From positions 87,668,001-87,732,000 of the forward strand of contig OX597819.1 in the NCBI GenBank assembly GCA_951406725.2: a DNA stretch of 64,000 bases, in the 5' to 3' direction. A program made the translations under genes and the position numbers. Source of the stretch: Octopus vulgaris (Eukaryota). The notes under the pieces were generated by a model that worked only from the letters and a program-made list of their open reading frames with translations, did no database searches and was not told where the DNA came from. This document shows positions 1 to 9,732 of this stretch, in pieces; within the stretch, counting starts at the first letter, position 1, and every line of letters begins with the position of its first letter.

Positions 1-1924
1 TGATATAACGAATGCTTAAGAATTATTCTTTGGATAGTTGTTTAGCTCTAGTTCAGCCTTGACTGACTTTACCTTTGAACAATAATAAGTTGATCAGTAT
101 TCCATATAAATGTCATATGAAATAAGAGTGGGACAATCATTGTTGCTAATCTGCAAGACAGTATTATTTTAGTACACCCAAGACCAACTACTTGATTGAT
201 GCTTCATGTAAATGCAATATGAAGTAGGCTTCAAAAATGCTTCATTTAATCTGTCTATATTTATTTCTGAACAATAATTACTGCTATTTCTTTGCTGTGA
301 TTGATTAGTATTCTATTCTTTGGCTGGAGTAATACTTTCAAAGGATTTAGTTGATTATATCAGCTTAAATATTTTTTATCAAACTCAGAAGAGAAAGGCA
401 AAGATAACTTGAGCTGGAACTGAACTCAGAACTTCAAGGGACTTAATCCAATGCTTCAAAGTATTTTGTCTCTGATCTACTAATACTGTGCCCCACCTGT
501 TTCTCTATTACACACACATTCACAAAGCTTCCACACAGTTTTCATTAGCCAAATTTAATTTCTGAAGCTTAAGTCAATGTGAGATACTTCTCTAAGCTGA
601 TGATCAGTGAGATCCTGAACCACTAATGATTGTGTTCTTTTCTGAACTTCAGTAATGAAATTACATGATTATTTTAAATATTTATAGGTTATTTACTATT
701 TTCCCAGATATGGTTATTTAGTAAGTATAAGTAAAAAAAAAAAAGACAAAAAATGCAAGAACAAAATGTACCAACTTTTACAGAATAAAATAAGTGAACT
801 GTATGAATAAAATATTTTGATGTTCTCTGCTTAATTATAGAAAAGTTTATAAATAATTTTCTGCCTGTCTGCTCTTAATGACTTAAATACCACTTCTTTC
901 TCTAACCAAAGGATTGGTCTCTCTCTCTAGTTCTGGTACCATCTTGTCATTTACTTTATATCCTTGACTTCTGACCAACTCTCGTGTCCACCTCTCACAT
1001 CAATTTAATTCCTCCATTTATACTAACTTGCAGCTCAAGTGACAAGAACCACTTCTCTCTCTCTCTAATGAAGGGCAAAAGCCTAAAACATGAGATACTT
1101 CACTCCTCATGGCAGCTAAACACAGTCAACTCATCTCTGAAATTTCTTAGAAAATATCAGTTGAGATCCTAAAGGCAGAACTGGGTATAAATACTCTCAT
1201 TTGTTTGAAAGTGATAGAAACTGATCCAGTTTATTCTGCTTTTAATTATTACTTGAAAATAACAGTTTCAGTAAGTGCCCGAAATATGTACTAAAATGAC
1301 TTGTCCAGAAGTGTCAGGGTATCCAAGTAGATGAACACCAAGGAAGATGTGAGAAGTAGTGAAGTCTAATCTCAAGATATGGGCTTCATGAAGATGATGA
1401 TCAAGGACTACAAGTGATAAGACACTGGACTGGACCAGATACATCTAACCCATATCAGTATGGAAAACAGACATATGATAACAATGATGATTATGACAAG
1501 GATGACTACTACTTATGTCAAAAAGAAATCATCATCATTTAATGTCTGCTTTCCTAGTTGACAGGGACTGAACTGTTTTGGCATGATTTGTATGGCTGGA
1601 TGCTCTTCCTAGCACCAGTCACTTCACAGAGTGTACTGGGTGCTTTTTTTATGTGGCACCAGCATCAGTGAGGTCATCATCTAACTCACAAGACAAGACC
1701 CCACAATTGAGGGTGGGAGCAGTATTGAGAGAGGAAGCTTTGTGACAAATAATGTGAGGTTAGAGTTTGATAGAGGGATAGAAAAAGGTGTCTGGGAGTA
1801 GAGGAGACACATGGCTGCTCCAGTTAGAAAAAGTGAGAGGAAAGACAGAAAGAGAATGGTGAAGAAGATATATCAAAGTGTACCCTCAAATAGACAGAAT
1901 AATAATTTTTTTAAATGTACTTAC

Positions 1925-2045
1925 TATCCAAAGGTTGAGATGAAGCCTGAAGGTGTTTTTTAAATCTTTCATTAAGGTCTTTACTAACTCCAATGTCTTG
2001 GAACATTCGTTGGAGTTTAGAGGTATATTCAAAACCACATGCTTG
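1925..2045 (-). CDS. CUL1: Cullin-1 coding exon 12 ([40 protein letters not shown])
   Basis: 121 nt; ccacag / GTAAGT; inside ORF 1911..2096. Confidence 0.96.
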
Positions 2046-2139
2046 CTGTGGAAGAAAAGAAGTGAAAATAGAATTGAAATAAAAATAACGAAACATAGCA
2101 AAATGATCACAAAATTTTCAATGGAAATAATTATGATTA

Positions 2140-2361
<222 letters not shown>

Positions 2362-2463
2362 TTATAAACAAAAAAAAAAGGGATATTTTCAGTATATAAC
2401 AAGTATATAAAAGTACACTTTCTTTTTTTGTAGTCGAAAGCAAAGAAAATATATATCACTAAC

Positions 2464-2512
2464 CACTTTATTTAGAGTATCTTCTAATTCTGCTTCTTCA
2501 GGATTCTTAGAA
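2464..2512 (-). CDS. CUL1: Cullin-1 coding exon 10 (SSKNPEEAELEDTLNKV)
   Basis: 49 nt; ttgcag / GTTAGT; phase fits neighbours. Confidence 0.94.
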
Positions 2513-2954
2513 CTGCAATAGATCATATAATTTTGGAGTTGTTAGTTTTCTACAGACATAAATACTAATAAGAAAAAAAATTACTAGAAAGATAAGATAA
2601 AACAGTATAATTTTAGTTTACAAAATAACCAACAACAAACAATAAAATTGTAGTTTCCAGTGAACAAGTCAAATTTTTCAAACTAAAATTTACAGCCAAA
2701 TAAAGAAGGTTGACTTATACACCAAGATGACTTTAGAGGAGAAAAAGAATTCCATGTGAAATGCAGCAGGATATGAAAAGATAATGATATTTGAATGTTT
2801 ACGCTATATACTATGTTAACTTGTATGTCAGGAAATACTGTATCTATGATTTCATTAGAGTGGTACATAAAACCAACTTCTGATGGGTTAAGAAGTAAAA
2901 TTGACAGCAGCCTGATCTAACGTCAAAATAAATACCAGAATAAATACTCTAATG

Positions 2955-3243
2955 CAGTGGTTCCTAAAGTGGGCAGTACTGATCCCCTTGGAGGTGATAG
3001 AAAGATCCAGGAGGTGTTAAAGCAAAGTGGGGCAATAATGGGTGGCCAAAAGAGGTTAATGGATGTAAAAAGAAAAAAAACTAAAAGTAACAGGTTAATT
3101 AGGTTGAAGTCTTATTTGTGAAATACAATTGTTTTGAGTTTGCTGCAGAAAATGGTCTATGTTTGTGGTGGTGGTGGTGTGGTGCTAGGAATGCAGCCTG
3201 GGTGTTAGGTGGGCGGCGGGCTGGAAAAGTTTGGGAACCACAG
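2955..3243. mobile_element. hAT-type MITE
   Basis: TIRs CAGTGGTTCCTAAA / TTTGGGAACCACAG; diverged 8-bp flanks ctctaatg / ccctaaca. Confidence 0.65.
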
Positions 3244-4079
3244 CCCTAACACATCTATATAGCTAATTACTATTTGTACTCCCACCTCTGTTTTACCAAA
3301 GACCTTGAATAAATAATTTTACATGCAGTTTTCCTGCAGCCAATGATTTAGTCGACCTAAAGAAAATACATTCTGCAAACAATAAGTCCTAAATTTAATT
3401 ACATGAATTCACAAAGACATCACTGCTGCATATTCAAAAAATAGTAGTAAGTTAGTATAACATTTTAAAAGTTTGTGAAAACTTAGAATTTTTTACAAAA
3501 TCAAAATAGGATAGAATTACAGAGAAGATAACATGGCTCAAGCATATTAGCATATATTACTTCAAGTAGAAGAGAAAAACAATTGAGTACCCATGTGTGC
3601 GTGCACGTGCATGTGTGTGCACTAGAAATGCAATATCATTATTTACTTGTTGTCTAGTTACACCATTTGTATAATGTTAGCAAATAAAGAAGATACGTAA
3701 TAAAACTTTGAACAAACAGTAACCAAACCTTCTATATATTTATTTATGTACCAGCTTTATGATGCCATTTTGTCATATTCTCATAAAGTGACATTAAAGC
3801 ACAAAAATGAGAGCCTAAACAATCAAGTGTTTGTTCAGTGATGAAGGAATAAAGTATATGAATTTGAAAGCTAACTTAATGACTTCCCAAATTTTTTTTA
3901 AAAATAAGGTGTGGCATGACAGTGCAGTAAGAAGCTTGTTTCTCAACCACATGGTTCAGAGTTCAGTCCCACAGTGAGGCACTTTGGGTAAAGGATTTCT
4001 ACAATAGCCTTGGGCCGACCAATGCAATGTGAGTGGATTTGATAGATGGGAATTGAAAGAATCCCATCATGTATGTGTG

Positions 4080-4133
<54 letters not shown>

Positions 4134-4382
4134 TAGATAGATAGATAGATATACACGTAATTAGAATAAAGTCATTATTTAATGATTTATCAGTGGCCAG
4201 CATAACTAAAAATACCATAATGGTTAATTTATATAAAAATTATAATAATGGTGTTGAATGATTACAACACCAGTCTGCTAGAAATAGACTCCAAATGGTC
4301 TATAAACTACTTAGATTATTACTTCACTACACAAGGTTGTAAGAGAGGAAAATGGACAGTGGGGATTTATAAAATAATTTGG

Positions 4383-4451
4383 ATAGTACCATATCTGCAG
4401 ATTTCACGGTTTGAGTTATTAAAAACCCATTCCAATCATCAGTGGCAACAT
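4383..4451 (-). ncRNA. Hammerhead ribozyme-like motif (type I), left arm; sense to CUL1 pre-mRNA
   Basis: Minus strand ATGTTGCCA-CTGATGA-T-TGG..CCG-T-GAAA-TCTGCAGA-TA-TGGTACTAT; palindromic stem III ATCTGCAGAT; non-canonical U-U at 10.1/11.1. Confidence 0.6.
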
Positions 4452-4466
4452 ACTGAACGTAAATAA

Positions 4467-4633
4467 CGCAGGAGTGGCTGTGGTAAGTAGCTTGCTAACC
4501 AACCACATGGTTCTGGGTTCAGTCCCACTGCGTGGCATCTTGGGCAAGTGTCTTCTGCTATAGCCCCGGGCCGACCAATGCCTTGTGAGTGGATTTGGTA
4601 GACGGAAACTGAAAGAAGCCTGTCGTATATATG

Positions 4634-4666
<33 letters not shown>

Positions 4667-4869
4667 TTGTGTGTCTGTGTTTGTCCCCCTAGCATCACTT
4701 GACAACTGATGCTGGTGTGTTTACGTCCCCGTAACTTAGCGGTTCGGCAAAAGAGACCGATAGAATAAGTACTAGGCTTACAAAGAATAAGTCCCGGGGT
4801 CGATTTGCTCGACTAAAGGCGGTGCTCCAGCATGGCCGCAGTCAAATGACTGAAACAAGTAAAAAAAGT
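4467..4869 (+). mobile_element. Young tRNA-derived SINE, family A, full length
   Basis: Pol III box A/B-like head (agtggctgtggtaag...gggttcagtccc), core ggcatcttgggcaagtgtctt, central (TA)/(TG) tract, tail ...gactgaaacaagtaaaa; several copies in window. Confidence 0.85.
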
Positions 4870-5093
4870 ATACATATCGCCATAAGCGCAAATAATGTAC
4901 ATGCATTTTGCACATATTCACGAATTTAAATCCAAGCGCCTATTTCAGCCATGTGCTTATTTACTCAGAATAGTTCTGCAGTAAATCTCTCTATATATAT
5001 AAAGCTGAAGTTAGTTAGTTAGTTAGTTAATTTGGCTCAAAAGCAAATTGCAAGGCCATGTAGGGGGACATGGAGTTAAGTACAGGGTAGTGT

Positions 5094-7967
5094 TCATGTA
5101 AAGAGTTCAGGCCACTTGAGGTCTAGGGAGGCTTTGAACAAAGCGGTCGTCGGCATCTTCACCATCTCGTCTGGCAGCTTGTTCCACGGATCCGCAACCC
5201 GGACGGAGAAAGCTCCTCTCCTTCGATTGAGATGAAATCGTCGCAGGTAGAGCTTTTCGGAATGACCCCGCAGCCGACGCTCCAGAGCAGGAGTGAAGAA
5301 CAGCTCTTTCGAGAGGTTACACTTCCCGCTTATGATGTTGTGGGCGAGAATGAGATCACCACGGCAGCGGCGTTTTTCAAGAGAATAAAGGTCGAGCGTC
5401 CTCAGCCTTTCTTCGTAGGACAAATTTTTGAGACCATGAACCATGCGGGTAGCCAGCCTCTGGACTCTTTCCAGGTGCTGTATGTCTTTGAGGAAATAAG
5501 GAGAAGAGGCTTGAATCCCATACTCCAATATGGGTCTCACCAGCGTGACATAGAGTGGCAGGAATATGGCTGCTGTGAGCATTCCGAATGACCGTCGAAT
5601 CAAAAACAGAATTCCGCGCGCTTTGTTGGCAGCATGGACGCACTGGGCCGAAGGCGAAAAGGAGGAATCCACCAAGATACCCAGGTCCTTTACCTGATCG
5701 GTCCTCTCCAGCAGCAGACGACTCGGCTCGAAATCAAGTTGAGTTGCAGGAGTAGAGCCGACAGGCAGATGACAGCACTTTGACACGTTCAGACACAGGT
5801 CCCAATCGTTAGACCACTTCCAAATTTGGTGGAGGCATCGACGAAGATCCTCTATACTACCGCGAGGAGCGACCAGTTTGATATCGTTGGCAAATAGAAG
5901 GGTGTGTTGCGTGAGGTCGTCGGGCAAGTCATTTATGAAGACTAAGAACAACAAGGGCCCAAGCACTGAACCTTGAGGCATGCCACTGCTCGCACTGGAG
6001 ACGTCGGACCGCGAACCATTAACTTGAACTTGGAAGGAGCGATCTGAGAGGAAGGCACCAACCCATCATACAATATCCGGATGGAAACTATATGCTTGAA
6101 GCTTGACAAGTAGTAGGCGGTGGCTTACCGAGTCAAAAGCTTTGGCAAAGTCCAATAAAACGATGTCAACAGCATCACTATCATCGAGGATGCGCGTCAC
6201 CAATTCTTCCATTACTAGTAAGTTGGTCAAGCATGATCTCTTCGGCACGAAGCCGTGTTGGGAATCAGTGATCGAGGCTGTGTTTAGGAGGTGGAGCATC
6301 ATACTTTTCTTAAGGATGGTTTCGAACATCTTGCTGATTATTGATGTACGGGAAACCGGTCGGTAGTTAAGCGGGTCTTCGCGGCTCCCTTTCTTGAAAA
6401 TTGGGCAGATTATCGCTGTTCTCCAGTCTGCAGGTATAACACCCGTCGCCAATGACATATTGAATAGTCGTGTTAAGGGCTCGCAGATGACCGGAGCCAA
6501 CGCTTTGATAACCCGTGGGTGTATGCCGTCAGGGCCGTGACCCTTGTTGACATCGAGGCCTTGAATAACACGTTTGACTTCGTCCCGCGTGATGATCAAT
6601 CGAAGCATTGGAGGTACCGATCTATCAAATGGAGGGGGTTCACGACCATCATCTTGTTTGAAAATAGTTGAAAAAGCCTCGGCAAATAATTGACTCTGTT
6701 GATAAGGGTCCTCAATCGATACGCCTGTTGAGTCTACCAACGTTGCAATCTGGTTGTTCAAGCGGGAATTCCGCTGGACATGGGCAAAGAAGGTTTTTGG
6801 ATTGCTACTGGCATTTGCCGCGATTTTGTATTCATAACTGAAGCGTTCTTTCTTTTCAATTTTCACGGCTCGGTCTCGTTGAGTTTTGTACACCTCAAAA
6901 GCTGCAGTCGAATCCAGATTTTTGAATTCAGCCCAAGCAATATCTCTGAGTCGACGTTCTCGTTTAACCTTCTTCGTCACCCAGGGCTTGTGTTTCTTCC
7001 TCTTGGGAAGCCCAACGGGAACTGCCTGGTCAGTCAAACAGATTACATATGCTTTGAGGGATGACCATAGTTCGTCAACTGAGGACAACGTCATCAGGGA
7101 TCGCCAGTCCAGAAGCGCGGAAGCCTCGGTTAGAATTTCAAGATTAATTGCAGAGAAGACTCTACGTGGCAGCGAAGTAATCGTGGGCGTGGAAAAAGTT
7201 GTGTGCATGACGAACTTCAGGACCACATGATCACTCTTGGCAAGAGGGGCGCACACAGATACGTCTGACACTGATCTTGGATAGCGGGAGAATACCAGAT
7301 CTAGCATAGATGGCTGCTGCCCAGACCGATGCCTTGTCGGATATTCAACATGTTACGATAGAAAACAATCTTCAGCCACGTCAAGAAGGGCCTGGCCGAA
7401 CCGGGAAGATGTTGTACAAATTGATGCGGGCCAATCGATCGTGGGAGCGTTGAAGTCGCCTAGTACCAAGCAGTCATGCGAAGCTGAAACGAATCTTATC
7501 GCTTCGAGTAGATGAGCATCGTCCTGGGGGTCGGCTAGAGGCGGCCTGTAGACAGCCAACACGGGCAGGCAAAACTCAGATAGGCTCAGCTTGCAATAGA
7601 CGGCATCGAATTTGGTTGTAGGTTGAGCATTTGTGGGTAGAATACCGCAGGACGGTTTGTGCTCAGACTTAACATACACAGCAACACCTCCACCTCGCCT
7701 TTTTCCTCTGTCACATCTGAAAAGGACGTAGCCCTGCAGGTGGATTTCTGAGTCCTTTACTGCTGGAGTCAGCCAAGTCTCGGTGATAGCTATCACATCA
7801 GGGGAGTCACGTATGGCCAGTGTAAATAGTTCACTGAACTTTGGGAATAAGGAGCACGAGTTGGTGTAGACGATGCTGAGCTGTGAAGTCTGAGGGGCGG
7901 GAGTTGGGGAACAAGCAGAATAAAGGGCATCAGAGATAGCATCGTTGACGGGGGTATCAACTTCACT
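5094..7967 (-). pseudogene. CR1 ORF2 (AP endonuclease + reverse transcriptase), one frame of ~958 codons with two nonsense codons and FADD>FAND
   Basis: ORFs 7353..7796, 6066..7307 and 5094..5981 share one frame; motifs IAITETW, GDFNAP, LDLVF, SDH, GPDGIHP, NYRPVS, QHGF, DFAKAFD, PQGSVLGPLLF, LEY, RGD. Confidence 0.92.
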
Positions 7968-7978
7968 TCAATTTGCCC

Positions 7979-8307
7979 TCACATCACTTTCCCTGTCAGC
8001 ACTACAGCATGGGACCAGAGGTAGGACTTGATTATCTGTCCATCTTGGATTCGTAAACCCTTCTCTCCCATTTGTTTCCTCATCTTTAGCTCGGATATCA
8101 GGTTCCTCCGGCGAATTCTCTCTCTTAGTGAGTATTCCTCGCGAAAACCCATATTGGGATCCTCCCAGGCATGCGTCTGAGCTCTGTTCAGAAAGACTGA
8201 AGCCTCCCGATCAGAAGAAAAGATTACCCTTATTGGGCGTGGTCTAGTATCTGCGGTTGGGTTCGCTTGGAATCTTCCTAGCCGAGCGACCTTAAGAACA
8301 CTGACAT
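7979..8307 (-). pseudogene. CR1 ORF1 C-terminal fragment
   Basis: VARLGRFQ...RPRPIRVIF...LRERIRRRNLISELKMRK resembles CR1/L2 ORF1 ends; first ~13 aa of the tracked ORF come from the flanking Helitron. Confidence 0.75.
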
Positions 8308-8775
8308 TTGTCTGTGTATGGCAGGTTTGGTAGCCTTCAACTAACACTATCTCCTCCGAGACCCTGCATGCAAGTTGACCATAATTGAGAGTATGATAGA
8401 AGAAGGCTTGCTCTTCCTTCCGTAGAAGAAAAATTCAAATCGGACCATGTTAACTCCAAAAATTAGTTACATCAAAAAGGTGCTTTTTTTCTATGAAAAT
8501 CCCTATTTTTTACGATTTTTTGACTGCTGTGTCACCATTTTACGGTGTATTTCAACCAGAAAAATGTTCACTTACAGAGAATAACAAGCCACATAATGCA
8601 AAATTTTTACTTTTCAAAAATTCCAATTCTAAAGGGTCGAAACAAACCCGAGCAACGCTGGGCGATACTGCTAGTATGTTATAAGAGTGAATTCATGAAT
8701 ACGTGCGAAATGCATGTACATTATTTGTGCTTATGGTGCTATGAATAATGTATTTTTCATTTATTTACATTCGGT

Positions 8776-8844
8776 ATGTTGCCACTGATGATCGGAAAGG
8801 GTTTTTAGTAACTCAAACCGTGAAATCTGTAGATATGGTACTAT
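8776..8844 (+). ncRNA. Hammerhead ribozyme-like motif (type I), right arm
   Basis: ATGTTGCCA-CTGATGA(8785-8791)-T-CGG..CCG-T-GAAA(8822-8825)-TCTGTAGA-TA-TGGTACTAT; predicted cleavage after 8835. Confidence 0.58.
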
Positions 8845-9546
8845 CCAAATTATTTTATAAACCCTCGCTGTCTATTTTCCTTGTTTACAACCTTGTGTAG
8901 TAGAGTAAGTGGCTTATAGATCATTTGGGGTCTATTTCTAGCAGACTGGTGTTGTAATCATTCAACACCCTTATTATAATTTTACATATATATATATATA
9001 TGTGTGTGTGTGTGTATATATATATACTTGTGTGTGTCTTTGTGTTTGTGTTTGCCCCCCCCCCTCCCACTGCTTGACAACCAGTGTTGGTGTGTTTACA
9101 TCCCCATAACTTAGCAGTTCAGCAAAAGATTCTGATAGAATAAATACCAGGTTTGAAATAATAAGTACTGGGATCAATTCATTTGACTAAAAGTTCTCCT
9201 GTGTGGTGCCCCAGCATGGCCACAATCTAATGACTGAAACAGGTAAAATATAAAAGATAAGTTCATCAGATCATTTGGAAGCAGTGCCCATGACTTTTGT
9301 AGGCCCAACTAGATTGGAGAGACAAGTAAGTTTGCAACCCGATCTGAGTGTCTACAGTAAAAATATGTTAACAGAAAAAAGGTAGCAAGGGCCAGGTATT
9401 GGTATTAAATCAGACAACTTAAATTGAGATGAACTTAAGATGTGAATTTGACACTAAACACAGGGATATGAATAAAAATAGTACACTTTCAAAGTTGAAC
9501 AAGACAGAACATTACCTAGAGAAATTTAAAAAGAGAAAAATGTTAC

Positions 9547-9656
9547 CTTTTCCTGAGCAAAAGATCACAGTATCTGGCTAACAGCTCTGGAGATTTTCCA
9601 GAAGATGAGTTTTCTTTTTTTGTCACAAAGTTATCATTAATAAACTGACCACAAGC
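9547..9656 (-). CDS. CUL1: Cullin-1 coding exon 9 ([36 protein letters not shown])
   Basis: 110 nt; tccag / GTAACA; [10 protein letters not shown] motif. Confidence 0.95.
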
Positions 9657-9732
9657 CTGGATAAGAAACAACAGTTTTAATTACAAAATGAATTTTCAGA
9701 AAATCATAAATTCAATACATTCATAACATAAT

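Larger units (their letters stand above)
5011..8307 (-). mobile_element. CR1-clade LINE, 5'-truncated, near-intact, (TAAC)n tail
   Basis: ORF1 C-terminus, APE endonuclease and RT ORF2; visibly GC-richer than flanks; short 3'UTR ending in taactaactaac. Confidence 0.93.
4986..8674 (+). mobile_element. Non-autonomous Helitron-like element (4986-5010 + 8308-8674) interrupted by the CR1 LINE
   Basis: A|TC 5' end (tctctctatatatataaagctgaag); subterminal hairpin cccgagcaacgctggg; CTAG|T 3' end; no TSD. Confidence 0.75.
4233..8985. mobile_element. Foldback element with ~290-bp inverted arms (left 4233-4466 + 4870-4925; right ~8690-8985), each carrying a hammerhead motif; probably Penelope-derived
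   Basis: aaaattataataatggtgttgaatgattacaacaccagtctgctagaaatagac... matches, with few mismatches, the reverse complement of ...gtctatttctagcagactggtgttgtaatcattcaacacccttattataatttt; match resumes after the SINE insertion. Confidence 0.8.
3908..9260 (+). mobile_element. Old tRNA-derived SINE (family A) split at its central (TA)n by a ~4.9-kb nested insertion: head 3908-4085, tail ~9000-9260
   Basis: Head and tail halves match the two halves of the intact copy at 4467-4869, in the same orientation. Confidence 0.75.

Noticed and set aside
5232-7230. Plus-strand ORFs over the CR1 element
   Set aside because: Antisense shadows of a GC-rich ORF2 without recognisable motifs.
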